The translations under genes were made by a program, and so were the position numbers. From NCBI GenBank assembly GCA_044450765.1, contig JBIOJK010000003.1, positions 19,856 to 83,855 of the forward strand: a stretch of DNA of 64,000 nucleotides. Direction: 5' to 3'. Source of the DNA: Myxococcota bacterium. GTDB taxonomy: Bacteria > Myxococcota_A > UBA9160 > SZUA-336. The notes beneath the pieces are model-generated. The model was not told the DNA's origin. It made no database searches and worked only from the letters and a program-made list of their open reading frames with translations. Below are positions 48,362 through 57,823 of this stretch, in pieces (the first letter of the stretch is position 1; each line of letters opens with the position of its first letter).

Positions 48362-50389
48362 GTGGAAGAGCGGCAGATCGAGCTCGGATCGGGCGCGACG
48401 CGCATTCGCATCGAGGGCGACGGCCGGCCGCTCGTCTGGACGCACGGCTTCACGAGCTCGATCGAGGCGGAGGATGCGGCCGGCATGAGCGCGCTCTGGC
48501 GCGGCGTGCTCGACCTGCAGCTCGTGCGCTACGACGCGCGCGGTCACGGCCGCTCCGCGCCGGGCCGCGACGAGCCCGCGCAATCCTGGTCGGCGCTCGG
48601 CGCGGACTTGCTCGAGCTCGTGACTGCGCTCGGCCTCGACCGGCCGATCGCCGGCGGCGCCTCGATGGGCACCGCGACCTCGCTGCATGCGGCCGTGCGG
48701 AACCCGGGCGCGTTCAGCGGCCTGCTGCTGGTCCTGCCGCCGACGGCCTGGGAGACGCGCAAGCCGCAAGCCGATCTGTATCGCGGCGGCGCGGCGCTGG
48801 TCGAGGCGCGCGGCGTCGAGGGATACATCGCCGCTGCGCGCGAGGCCTTCCGCACGCGGCCGATGCCCGGCTTCAGCGAAGAGATGCAGGAGCGCGTGAT
48901 CGCGGAGCTGCGCGCGACGAGCGCCGCGGATCTCGTGCGCAATCTCCGCGGCGCGGCGGCGAGTGACTTGCCCGATCCCGCGCGGCTTCGCGAGCTCGAC
49001 GTCCCGGCGCTCGCGATCGCCACGCGCGGCGATCCCGGTCACCCGCTTTCGACCGCGGAGCGGCTGCTCGAGCTCCTGCCGCGCGCCGAACTGGTCGTGC
49101 TCGACGATCTCACTCAGCTCTCGTCGGCGCGCGGCGAGCTGGAGCGCTTCGCGGCTCGCACCGGCGTGCGCGCCCGCGGGCCGAATGTCTCGCCGATCGA
49201 TCTCTACTCGCCCGACCGCTTCGCGAACGGCGCGCCCTACGCGGACTTCGCGCGCCTGCGCCGCGAGCGCCCGGTGCACTGGCAGCCGACGCCGGACGGC
49301 GGCGGATACTGGGCCGTGACGAAGCACGCCGACGTCGCGGCGATCTCGCGCGACCCGGCGACTTACTCGTCTGCGCAGGGCTTCGTCGTGATCGAGCCGC
49401 TCTCGGAGGCGCAGCTGGCGATGATGCGCTTCACCTTACTCGGCATGGACCCGCCCGAGCACGCTCGGCTGCGCCGGCTGTTCCAGAGCGCCTTCACGCC
49501 GCGCATGGTCGCGGCGCTCGAGCCGCGCATTCGCGAGATCTCGCGCGGCATCATGGCGCGCGGAGCAGCGCGCGGCGAAGTCGAGTTCGTCGAGGACATG
49601 GCGGGTGACTTGCCGATGCAAGTGATCGGCGAGCTGCTCGGCGTGCCCGAGGGCGAGCGTGCGCGCCTGCGCGCTTGGGCGGCGCAGCTGACCGGCTCGC
49701 AGGATTCCGATCTCAATCCGGGCGGCGCGGAGGCCGCGCCCGCGGCGTCGATCGAGATGGCCATGTACGCGATCGGGCTCGCGCGGGCGCGCCGCGGCGC
49801 GCCCGGATCCGACCTCACGACCGTCGCCGTGAACGCTGAAGTGGACGGCCACGCGATGACCGACGCGGAGTTCGGCGGCTTCTTCGTCCAGCTCGCGACC
49901 GCCGGCAACGACACGACGCGCAACTTGTTGTCCTCGGGGACGCGCCTCCTGCTCGAGCATCCGGACGCGCTCGCGTCACTGCGCGCGGACGAGTCACTCG
50001 TTCCGAGCGCGGTCGAGGAGATGCTGCGCGTCGAGAGCCCGCTCCACTACTTCCGGCGGACCGCGACGCGGGACGCGAGCCTGCGCGGCCAGGCGATCCG
50101 CAGCGGCGACCGCGTCGTCCTGTACTACGGCGCGGCAAACCGCGACGAAGAGGTCTTTCGCGAGCCCGACCGCTTCGACGTGCGGCGCTCGCCGAACCCG
50201 CATCTGTCGTTCGGCTTCGGCGAGCACTTCTGTCTGGGAGCCGCGCTCGCGCGCCTGGAGGCGCGCGTGTTCTTCGAGGAGCTGCTGCGCGCGTTCCCGC
50301 GCATCGAGCTGGCCGGCGAGCCGCGGCACCAGCGCTCGAATCTGAACAACGCGCTGAAGTCGCTGCCCGTCCGGCTCTACGCGAACTAG
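48362..50389 (+). CDS. Apparent fusion of an alpha/beta-hydrolase (N-terminal, about 270 aa) and a cytochrome P450 (C-terminal, about 400 aa)
   Basis: Continuous frame. The hydrolase has an HG box (WTHGF), a nucleophile elbow (GASMG) and Asp/His (RGDPGHP). The P450 has EMLR and FGFGEHFCLGAALA. Confidence 0.65.
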   Translation: MEERQIELGSGATRIRIEGDGRPLVWTHGFTSSIEAEDAAGMSALWRGVLDLQLVRYDARGHGRSAPGRDEPAQSWSALGADLLELVTALGLDRPIAGGASMGTATSLHAAVRNPGAFSGLLLVLPPTAWETRKPQADLYRGGAALVEARGVEGYIAAAREAFRTRPMPGFSEEMQERVIAELRATSAADLVRNLRGAAASDLPDPARLRELDVPALAIATRGDPGHPLSTAERLLELLPRAELVVLDDLTQLSSARGELERFAARTGVRARGPNVSPIDLYSPDRFANGAPYADFARLRRERPVHWQPTPDGGGYWAVTKHADVAAISRDPATYSSAQGFVVIEPLSEAQLAMMRFTLLGMDPPEHARLRRLFQSAFTPRMVAALEPRIREISRGIMARGAARGEVEFVEDMAGDLPMQVIGELLGVPEGERARLRAWAAQLTGSQDSDLNPGGAEAAPAASIEMAMYAIGLARARRGAPGSDLTTVAVNAEVDGHAMTDAEFGGFFVQLATAGNDTTRNLLSSGTRLLLEHPDALASLRADESLVPSAVEEMLRVESPLHYFRRTATRDASLRGQAIRSGDRVVLYYGAANRDEEVFREPDRFDVRRSPNPHLSFGFGEHFCLGAALARLEARVFFEELLRAFPRIELAGEPRHQRSNLNNALKSLPVRLYAN

Positions 50390-51519
50390 CTCGAGTCCGC
50401 CGGCTCCGCCTCGTCGGCGACGCCGTAGTCGGCGTAGAAGCCGCGCTTCCACTCGAGAAAGCGGCCGGCCAGGATCGCGCCTCGCATCTCGCCCATCAGC
50501 CGCTGGTAGAAGCGCACGTTGTGAATCGCGCCGAGAATCGCCGCGAGGATCTCGTTCGCGGCGTACAGGTGGTTCACGTACGCGCGCGTGAAGGTCTTGC
50601 ACGCGTAGCAGTCACAGCTCGTGTCGATCGGATAGAGATCCCGCCGGTAGCGGCGGTGGTTCATGCGGATCCGCCCGCGCCGCGTGAAGAGAGTCGCGGA
50701 GCGCGCATAGCGCGTGGGGATCACGCAGTCGAACATGTCCATGCCGCGCTCGACGGACTCGATCAGGTCTTCGGGCAGGCCGACGCCCATCAGGTAGCGC
50801 GGCTTGTGCTCCGGCAGCAGCGGCGCGGTGAAGCCGACGATGCGCTTCAGCTCTTCGATCCCCTCGCCGACCGAGACGCCGCCGATCGCGTAGCCCGGCG
50901 CCTCGACCTTCGCGATCTCGCGCGCGCACAGCTCGCGCAAGTCGAGATACACGGAGCCCTGCACGATCGGGAACAGCGCCTGCTCCGACCCGGCGTGCGC
51001 GCGGCCGCAGCGCTCGAGCCAGCGCAGCGAGTTCTCGACCCCGCGCCGCGCCAGCTCAGGAGTCGCCGGGAAGGGTGTGCACTCGTCGAAGGCCATGATG
51101 ATGTCCGCGCCGAGCGCGTGCTGAATCTCGATCGAGCGCTCCGGCGTGAGCTCCACCTCGGAGCCGTCGACCTCGTTCTTGAAGCGGACGCCCTCGGGCG
51201 TGATCTGCTTGTGCTTCAAGCTGAAGACCTGAAAGCCGCCCGAGTCAGTCAGGATCGGGCCGTCCCAGGCCATGAACGCGTGCAGGCCGCCGGCGCGCTT
51301 CACGAGCTCGGGTCCGGGCCGCAGCAGCAGGTGATACGTGTTTGCGAGCAGGATCCGCGCGCCCGTCGCGCGAACCTGCTCGGGAGTCATCGCGCGAACC
51401 GCGGCGTGGGTGCCGACCGGCATGAAGACCGGTGTGTCGACCGCGCCGTGCGGCGTGTCGAGCCGGCCGGCACGCGCGGCACAGCCCGGGTCGGTCGCCT
51501 CGAGGGCGAAGCGAATCAC
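50386..51519 (-). CDS. tgt: Queuine tRNA-ribosyltransferase
   Basis: TGT motifs (ANTYHL, DSGGFQV) and the zinc site (CDCYACKTFTRAYVNHL). The GTG overlaps the purM stop. Confidence 0.9.
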   Translation of the reverse strand: MIRFALEATDPGCAARAGRLDTPHGAVDTPVFMPVGTHAAVRAMTPEQVRATGARILLANTYHLLLRPGPELVKRAGGLHAFMAWDGPILTDSGGFQVFSLKHKQITPEGVRFKNEVDGSEVELTPERSIEIQHALGADIIMAFDECTPFPATPELARRGVENSLRWLERCGRAHAGSEQALFPIVQGSVYLDLRELCAREIAKVEAPGYAIGGVSVGEGIEELKRIVGFTAPLLPEHKPRYLMGVGLPEDLIESVERGMDMFDCVIPTRYARSATLFTRRGRIRMNHRRYRRDLYPIDTSCDCYACKTFTRAYVNHLYAANEILAAILGAIHNVRFYQRLMGEMRGAILAGRFLEWKRGFYADYGVADEAEPADSS

Positions 51520-52580
51520 GACTCGCGGACGAAGTGCTTCGACCGTCCGACCAGGCGCTCGGGCAGGATGCGCACCTTGCGCTCGGGGTCCGCGACCGCG
51601 CGGCCGAGGCGCCAGGCCTCGAGCCCGGTCGCGCGCACCGCCGCGATCGTGCGCTCGACTTCGGCCGGCGCCACCACCGCGGTGAAGCCGACGCCCATGT
51701 TGAACACGGTGTACAGCTCGGCGAGCTCGAGCTCGCCGACGCGCTGAATCAGCCGCAGCACAGCCGGCGCGGGCGGCAGGAAGTCGATCTCGAAGCCGAC
51801 GGGCGCGTCCACCCGGCGGATGTTCAGGAAGCCGTCGCCCGTGATGTGCGCGAGCGCGCGCGGAGTGACTCCCGCCTTCGCGAGCGCCTCGACTTGGGGG
51901 ACATAGATCAGGGTCGGACAGAGCAGCGCTTCGCCCACCGTGGCGCCGAGCTCGTTCACGAACTCGTCCAGGCGGAACTTGCGCGCGAGCACCGCGCGCG
52001 CCAGCGAGAGACCGTTCGAGTGCACGCCGCTCGACGCGATGCCGACCAGCGCATCGCCGGGCCGCACCTGCGAGCCGTCGATCAGCGCCCCGTCGGGAAC
52101 CAGGCCCACGGCCATGCCCGCGAGGTCGAGTCCGCTGCCTTCGCGCGCCCCGCGCAGCATGTCTGGGATCTGCGCGGTCTCGCCGCCGACGATCGCAATG
52201 CCGGCCTGGCGCGCGCCCTCGCACAGGCCGCGCCCGATCTGCCCGAACACGTCCGGGTCACAGCGCTCGACGGCGATGTAGTCGAGCATCGCGAGCGGCT
52301 TCGCGCCGACGCAGAGCAAGTCGTTCACGTTCATGGCCACGCAGTCGATGCCGACCGAGTCGTACTTTCCCAGTGCCTGCGCGACGAGCAGCTTCGAGCC
52401 GACGCCGTCGGTGGTCAGCGCGAGGTGCAGCGGCCCCACCCGGATGACGGCCGCGAAGTGACCGATGCCGAGCTCGCTCGCCGGGCCGAACGCGGCCGTC
52501 GGCGCGATCTCGAGCAGCAGCCGCGCGAGCGCGCGATCCGCCTCGCTCGTGTCGACTCCGCTGCGCGCGTACTCGCTCAT
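51516..52580 (-). CDS. purM: Phosphoribosylformylglycinamidine cyclo-ligase (AIR synthetase)
   Basis: PurM N-terminal motif (DGVGSKLLVA) and C-terminal domains; 354 aa. Confidence 0.9.
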   Translation of the reverse strand: MSEYARSGVDTSEADRALARLLLEIAPTAAFGPASELGIGHFAAVIRVGPLHLALTTDGVGSKLLVAQALGKYDSVGIDCVAMNVNDLLCVGAKPLAMLDYIAVERCDPDVFGQIGRGLCEGARQAGIAIVGGETAQIPDMLRGAREGSGLDLAGMAVGLVPDGALIDGSQVRPGDALVGIASSGVHSNGLSLARAVLARKFRLDEFVNELGATVGEALLCPTLIYVPQVEALAKAGVTPRALAHITGDGFLNIRRVDAPVGFEIDFLPPAPAVLRLIQRVGELELAELYTVFNMGVGFTAVVAPAEVERTIAAVRATGLEAWRLGRAVADPERKVRILPERLVGRSKHFVRES

Positions 52581-52593
52581 CGCGACCCGCGAG

Positions 52594-52719
52594 TCACGTG
52601 TAGGGCGACTCGCCGCGGCTCCGGCGCAGGCGAGCGCGGCGGTTCTTGGCGCGCAATTTCGCGCGGTGGTGCGCGCTCTTCCGGCGCTTCCGGTGGGTGA
52701 GTTTCGTGCTCTTCTTCAT
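52594..52719 (-). CDS. Candidate 41-aa highly basic small protein (MKKSTKLTHRKRRKSAHHRAKLRAKNRRARLRRSRGESPYT)
   Basis: Lys/Arg-rich ORF below the track cut-off, between the DUF1232 gene and purM. The Lys codons are unusual at this GC content. No clear RBS. Confidence 0.3.
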   Translation of the reverse strand: MKKSTKLTHRKRRKSAHHRAKLRAKNRRARLRRSRGESPYT

Positions 52720-52731
52720 CGCGCGCGCAGC

Positions 52732-53289
52732 TTACCGACCCCGCCAGAGACGCACAACCGGCGCGTGCTCGCGGATCTCGATCTGGGCGCGCAGCGCGCG
52801 GCGGCGCTCGGCGAGCTTGCGCGCGAGCCACTCCGGGTCGCGCGCGGACCGGCGCTTGCGCAGGCCCGCGCGGAAGCGCGCGAACACCCGGTACGCCGCG
52901 CGCTCGTGCCGGAGCTCTCGGCCCAGCAGCTCGATCACGATCGCGTCGTCGAGGAAGCCGAGTCCCGGCACCGAGTCGGCGATCAAGTCGTCCGGGTCGA
53001 TGAAGTAGGCGAGCGCGGCGCGGATCCGCTCGCGAACGCGCTCGGGCGGCTTCCAGTCGGCGTCCTCCAGCAGCTCGATCAGCTCCTCGAGGCCGGCGAC
53101 CCGCTCGACCACGTAGCTCGGCGGGTGGAATTTCCGCAGCTCGGCGGCGCGCGCTCGGGCGGCGGCCGTGATGGTCCGCTCGGGCCGCAAGCTCGCACGG
53201 GCGCTGGCGCGCTCGGCGACGCTGCGCAGGTGGCGGAGATCTCGCTCTCCGAGGGTGAAAGTGACGGTGAGCCGGTCGAGCGGCGGCAC
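52732..53289 (-). CDS. DUF1232 (YkvA-like) domain protein
   Basis: DPDDLIADSVPGLGFLDDAIVIELL motif. Start reset to a GTG with a GGAG RBS; the Ser-rich N-terminus of the longer ORF is likely spurious. Confidence 0.55.
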   Translation of the reverse strand: MPPLDRLTVTFTLGERDLRHLRSVAERASARASLRPERTITAAARARAAELRKFHPPSYVVERVAGLEELIELLEDADWKPPERVRERIRAALAYFIDPDDLIADSVPGLGFLDDAIVIELLGRELRHERAAYRVFARFRAGLRKRRSARDPEWLARKLAERRRALRAQIEIREHAPVVRLWRGR

Positions 53290-53344
53290 GAACTCCGGGT
53301 AGCATGGCGCTCGTGACTGAGCCAGCGAACGGCGGGCGAGGCTC

Positions 53345-54238
53345 GTGAGCGGTCGCGTGCGCGTGCGCAGCGGCGTGCCCGAGAGCGCGCTCGCGCTGCT
53401 GGCCGACGCGGGTTTCGACGCCGAGCTCGGCCCGCTCGAGCTCGCGGACTGCGACGCACTTCTGTGTTTGCTCACCGACCGCATCGACGCGGAGCTGCTG
53501 GCTCGCGCGCCGCGACTCCGGATCGTCGCGAACATGGCCGTCGGCACGGACAACATCGACCTGGCCGCCGCGCGGGCGCGCGGGGTGGCGGTCTCGAACA
53601 CCCCCGACGTGCTGACCGACGCCACCGCGGACCTCGCGTTCGCGCTGCTGCTCGCCGCCGCGCGCCGGCTCGCCTGGGCCGACCGCTACGTGCGCGGCGG
53701 CGGCTTCGTCGGCTGGCGCCCGGACCTCGGCATCGGGCTCGACGTCACCGGCCGCACGCTGGGCATCGTCGGCTACGGCCGCATCGGGCGCGCGGTCGCC
53801 GAGCGCGCGCGCGGCTTCCGCATGGACGTGCTCTGGCACGCCCGCGGCTCGGGTGTCTCGCTCGACGAGTTACTCGAGCGCAGCGACTTCGTCTCGCTCC
53901 ACGTGCCGCTCAGCGACCAGACGCGGCATCTGATCGGCGAGCGCGAGCTGCGCCGCATGCGGCCGCACGCGCTCTTGGTCAACACCGCGCGCGGCCCGAT
54001 CGTCGACGAGGCGGCGCTGGTGCGCGCGCTGCGCGAGGGCTGGATCGCCGCCGCCGGACTCGACGTCTTCGAGCACGAGCCGAAGCTGACGCCCGGTCTC
54101 GCCGACCTGCCGCAAGTCGTGCTCGCCCCGCACCTGGGCAGCGCCACCACTCACACTCGCGCGCGCATGGCCGAGGTCGCGGCGCGGAACATCGTCGCCG
54201 CTCTGCGCGGCGAGCCGATCCCGAACCGAGTCGCCTGA
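53345..54238 (+). CDS. D-isomer-specific 2-hydroxyacid dehydrogenase (glyoxylate/hydroxypyruvate reductase-like)
   Basis: NAD motif (GIVGYGRIGRAVA) and a catalytic region (NTARGPIVDE...PHLGSAT). Confidence 0.85.
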   Translation: MSGRVRVRSGVPESALALLADAGFDAELGPLELADCDALLCLLTDRIDAELLARAPRLRIVANMAVGTDNIDLAAARARGVAVSNTPDVLTDATADLAFALLLAAARRLAWADRYVRGGGFVGWRPDLGIGLDVTGRTLGIVGYGRIGRAVAERARGFRMDVLWHARGSGVSLDELLERSDFVSLHVPLSDQTRHLIGERELRRMRPHALLVNTARGPIVDEAALVRALREGWIAAAGLDVFEHEPKLTPGLADLPQVVLAPHLGSATTHTRARMAEVAARNIVAALRGEPIPNRVA

Positions 54239-54275
54239 CACCACCGGACGAGGCGATCCGCGGGAGAGCCGGCCC

Positions 54276-54656
54276 TCAGGCGCGGAGCTGCCGCGCGGTC
54301 GTGAAGGTGGCCGCAGCGGTGGCGAGCTCGACGGCGATCGCGACGCCGATGCGCGGATCCCAGCCGTCGAGCGCGACTCCGAGCAGTCGCGCCGCGACGA
54401 TGCAGACCATGATGCCCGCCACCGCTTCCAGATAGCCGGGCTCCTTGCGGAAGAGTCCGAGCAGGGCGAGCGAGCCGACCGCGAAGAAGGCGCCGCCGGC
54501 GTCTCCGCGCATCTGACTGAGGGCCGCGGGCCCCGACAGCGAGATACCGAGCTCCGCGCTCGCCGACTCGGGCGCGAGCAGCCAGCGAAGCGCGAACGGG
54601 AGCGCGAGCAACACACCGAGCAGCGCAGTCAACACGCGCGGGACTCTCTGCAGCAT
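54276..54656 (-). CDS. Small hydrophobic membrane protein (DUF4345-like)
   Basis: 126 aa with four predicted TM segments. Confidence 0.45.
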   Translation of the reverse strand: MLQRVPRVLTALLGVLLALPFALRWLLAPESASAELGISLSGPAALSQMRGDAGGAFFAVGSLALLGLFRKEPGYLEAVAGIMVCIVAARLLGVALDGWDPRIGVAIAVELATAAATFTTARQLRA

Positions 54657-54694
54657 GGACTCTCCCCGAACGCTGGCGAGCGGGGAGCAGTCTA

Positions 54695-55036
54695 TCAGAA
54701 GAGAGGTTCGAGCTTCGCCGCGGTGCCGACCGCGTGCAGCCGCAGGCCGGTCGCGTCCGAGTCACTCGCCCGCGCGAACGGGTCGAGGGTCACTTCGAGC
54801 CCGACCACCGCGTTCGCGCCGAGCAGCCGCGCCTTGTCGCGCAGCGACTCGAGCAGCTCGCGCTCGGCCTTGGTCCAGGCGGACGAGCGGTCTTCGACCT
54901 GGTCGTCCTGCAGAAAGAGCTCGGAGCTGATCGGACCGAAGTAGGCGGCCGCACGCGTGCCGCTGACCCACGGCGAGGTGTAGAGCTCGACGTCGTTCTC
55001 CGAGTTCAGCGAGATCTGAGACTGCGTCTCACCCAC
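54695..55036 (-). CDS. YbjQ/UPF0145 family protein (putative heavy-metal-binding domain)
   Basis: 113 aa with the LGANAVVGLEV...HAVGTA motif. Confidence 0.65.
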   Translation of the reverse strand: MGETQSQISLNSENDVELYTSPWVSGTRAAAYFGPISSELFLQDDQVEDRSSAWTKAERELLESLRDKARLLGANAVVGLEVTLDPFARASDSDATGLRLHAVGTAAKLEPLF

Positions 55037-55145
55037 GAAGTTTGGTATCGGCGCCCCCGGAAGCGGACTGTACGTAGATCGGTGTAGATCCCGCGTTGGT
55101 TGGCCGCGCGTCTCTCGGGTATTCTCGCCGCGCCTTCGGGGGGAG

Positions 55146-56090
55146 TTGCCGGTGCGCTGGACGAGCGGAGCGGATCGCGCCGAGTTCCGAGTTGCGCGTC
55201 TCCTGCGCGGTGTCTGCCTGGCGGTCGTGGCGCTCGCTGGCGCCGCGTGTAGCGGCGCCTCCTCGAGCGATGCGGCGCGCGATGCGGCGTCCGCCGGCGT
55301 CGCGCCGATCGTCGCGCGCGCCGCGGCCGCGGCCGCCAGCGGCGATCTGGACGCCGCGGTCGACGGCTACAGCGAGGCGATCGAGCGCACGCCCTGGAAC
55401 ACGCGCCTGCGCAGCCAGCTCGTCGCCGCGCATACGGAGCGCGCGGAGCAGAAGCGGCGCAAGCCGGGCGGGCCCGTCGGTCTGGCGGCGGCCGAGAAGG
55501 ACTTGCGCGCGGCGCACGCGCTCGCGCCCGACGATGCCGTGGTCACGCGCAGTCTCGCCGCGATCCTGGTCGAGCGCGCTGCGTTCGAAGCCGACGACGC
55601 GCTCGCCGCCGCGCTGCGCGCCGAGGGAGTCCGGCTCGCGCCCGAGCTCGCGGAGCAGACACCCGCCGTGCGCCTGCCGATCGAGCAGCGACTCGACCTC
55701 GCCTACGACCTGATCGAGCAGGGCAACGTCGACGCCGGCATCGACCAGCTCCACACGGTCGTGCGCGAGTATCCGCAGAACGCGCAGGCCGCGCGCATGC
55801 TGGCGCAGGCGCTCGTGCGCCTCGGCAACCAACAGACCGAGGTGCACGACTACGACGGCGCGCAGCAGAGCTTCAGCGAGGCCGTCGAGCAGTACGCGCG
55901 GCTGCTCCCCTGCGACGGGACGCGCTGTGACTCGGCCGAGCTCGAGCTCGCGCACCGCGATCGGATCCTGTCGGCGCTCGACGCGCAGCGCATCGACCTC
56001 GCGCGCGCCGCGCTCGCCGAGGCGCAAGGGCTCGGGATGAACTTCGACGACCTGCTGAAGCGCTGGCCGGAGCTGCGCGCCGCGCCCTGA
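55146..56090 (+). CDS. TPR-repeat (lipo)protein
   Basis: Signal/lipobox-like N-terminus (ALAGAACSG) followed by several TPR-like helical repeats. Confidence 0.65.
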   Translation: MPVRWTSGADRAEFRVARLLRGVCLAVVALAGAACSGASSSDAARDAASAGVAPIVARAAAAAASGDLDAAVDGYSEAIERTPWNTRLRSQLVAAHTERAEQKRRKPGGPVGLAAAEKDLRAAHALAPDDAVVTRSLAAILVERAAFEADDALAAALRAEGVRLAPELAEQTPAVRLPIEQRLDLAYDLIEQGNVDAGIDQLHTVVREYPQNAQAARMLAQALVRLGNQQTEVHDYDGAQQSFSEAVEQYARLLPCDGTRCDSAELELAHRDRILSALDAQRIDLARAALAEAQGLGMNFDDLLKRWPELRAAP

Positions 56091-56148
56091 CCCGGGGCCG
56101 TGGCCCGCCTGCTATGCTGCTCCGGGCTCCAATCACGGGAGGAACGCG

Positions 56149-57789
56149 ATGGCCACGCACGGTGGAAAGCTCGCAGCGCGGGCGCTCAAGCTGGCGGGTG
56201 TCGACTGCATCTTCACGCTCTCGGGCGGTCACATCATGCCGATCTACGACGGCGCGCTCGACGAGGGCATCCGCATCATCGACGTGCGCCACGAACAGGC
56301 CGCGGTGCACGCGGCCGACGCGTACAGCCGCCTGAACCCGACCAAGATCGGCTGCGCCGTCGTGACCGCCGGTCCGGGAGTCACCGATGGAGTCACCGGG
56401 ATCGCGAACGCGTGGCGCGCGAACAGCCCGATTCTGGTGATCGGCGGGCAGGGCCCGTTCTCGAATCTGCGCCGCGGCTCACTCCAGGAGATGGACCACG
56501 TCTCGATGATTCGGCCGATCTCGAAGTGGGCCGACGCGTGCTACGACACCGCGCGCATTCCGGAGTACATCGAGCTCGCGGTGCGGCACGCGACGTCGGG
56601 CATTCCCGGCCCCGCCTTTCTCGAGATTCCGATGGACGTGCTGATGGGGCCCGCTGACTTCGACAAGGCCTGGTTCCCGAAGTTCCGCCGCGCGCCGCGC
56701 CAGGCGCCCGACCGCGCGGACGTGGTCGCGGCGCTCGAGATACTCGCCGGCGCCAAGCGGCCGATCATGATGGGCGGCACGAGCGTGAAGTGGTCGCAGG
56801 GCGGCGCCGCGATGCGGCGCTTCGTCGAGGAGACCAAGCTGCCGACGTTCCTGAACGGCATGGGCCGCGGACAGCTGCGCTTCGACGACCCGCAGTTCAT
56901 GAACCGCTCGCGCAAGGAGGCGATGTCGAAGTGCGACGTGTTCGTGCTCGCCGGCTCGCCGCTCGACTTCCGGCTGCGCTTCGGCAAGGCGATCCCCGCC
57001 AGCGCGAAGATCGTCCAGCTCGAGATGGAGAACTCACTCGTCGGGCAGAACCGCTCCGCGGACGCGGCGATCGTCGGAAATCTCGGGGTCGCGTTCGAGC
57101 AGATGCTGCAGGTCATGAAGGAGGAGTCAGTCAAGCTCGACTTCCACGCCTGGCGCGACGAGCTGCGCGCGATCGAGACGAAGATCGAAGCCGGCTTCCA
57201 GAGCGAGCTGGCCTCGGACGAAGTCCCGATCGATCCGCTGCGCCTGTGCCGCGAGATCCGCGATTTCATCGACGAAGACACGATCCTGATCGGCGACGGC
57301 GGCGACATCGTCGCGCAGGCGGCGAAGGTCGTGCCCGTGATGAAGGAGAACTGCTGGATGGACCCCGGTCCGCTCGGCACGCTCGGCGTCGGCATGCCCT
57401 TCGCGCTCGCTGCGAAAGTGTCTTTCCCCGACAAGAAGGTGCTGATCATCTACGGGGACGGGTCGTTCGGCCTGAACGGCTTCGAGTACGACACCGCGAT
57501 CCGATTCAATCTCCCAATCGTCGGCATCGTCGGGAACGACGCGGCCTGGGGGCAGATGCTGCGCCCGCAGATCGGCATCTACGGCAAGGACCGCGCCGTC
57601 GGCACCTATCTCAACTACACGCGCTACGACAAGGTCGTCGAGGCGCTCGGCGGTCACGGCGAGCACTGCACGCGGCCCGAGCAGATCCGTCCCGCGCTCG
57701 AGCGCGCGTTCGCATCCGGGAAGCCCGCCTGCATCAACGTGGTCATCCGGCGCGACGAGACGGAGCCGAAGGGCAGCACGTACGTCTAG
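56149..57789 (+). CDS. Thiamine-pyrophosphate-dependent enzyme (acetolactate synthase large-subunit / oxalyl-CoA decarboxylase-like)
   Basis: TPP N-terminal domain (GVDCIFTLSGGHIMPIYDG), central domain, and a C-terminal GDGSFG...NDAAWG TPP-binding motif; 546 aa. Confidence 0.85.
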   Translation: MATHGGKLAARALKLAGVDCIFTLSGGHIMPIYDGALDEGIRIIDVRHEQAAVHAADAYSRLNPTKIGCAVVTAGPGVTDGVTGIANAWRANSPILVIGGQGPFSNLRRGSLQEMDHVSMIRPISKWADACYDTARIPEYIELAVRHATSGIPGPAFLEIPMDVLMGPADFDKAWFPKFRRAPRQAPDRADVVAALEILAGAKRPIMMGGTSVKWSQGGAAMRRFVEETKLPTFLNGMGRGQLRFDDPQFMNRSRKEAMSKCDVFVLAGSPLDFRLRFGKAIPASAKIVQLEMENSLVGQNRSADAAIVGNLGVAFEQMLQVMKEESVKLDFHAWRDELRAIETKIEAGFQSELASDEVPIDPLRLCREIRDFIDEDTILIGDGGDIVAQAAKVVPVMKENCWMDPGPLGTLGVGMPFALAAKVSFPDKKVLIIYGDGSFGLNGFEYDTAIRFNLPIVGIVGNDAAWGQMLRPQIGIYGKDRAVGTYLNYTRYDKVVEALGGHGEHCTRPEQIRPALERAFASGKPACINVVIRRDETEPKGSTYV

Positions 57790-57823
57790 CGGCGGCGAGC
57801 TTCGAGACTCGGGCTGGGGCCCG

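Noticed and set aside
47384-49327. 647-aa minus-strand ORF over rlmE, DUF4336 and the hydrolase region
   Set aside because: It overlaps three better-supported genes and has no motifs.
50386-52224. N-terminal roughly 235 aa of the 612-aa ORF that ends in tgt
   Set aside because: It lies over purM in another frame. tgt has a proper GTG start at 51519 that overlaps the purM stop.
52577-53839. 420-aa minus-strand ORF spanning the purM start to the 2-hydroxyacid dehydrogenase
   Set aside because: Arg-rich and out of frame with the DUF1232 gene, and antisense to the dehydrogenase.
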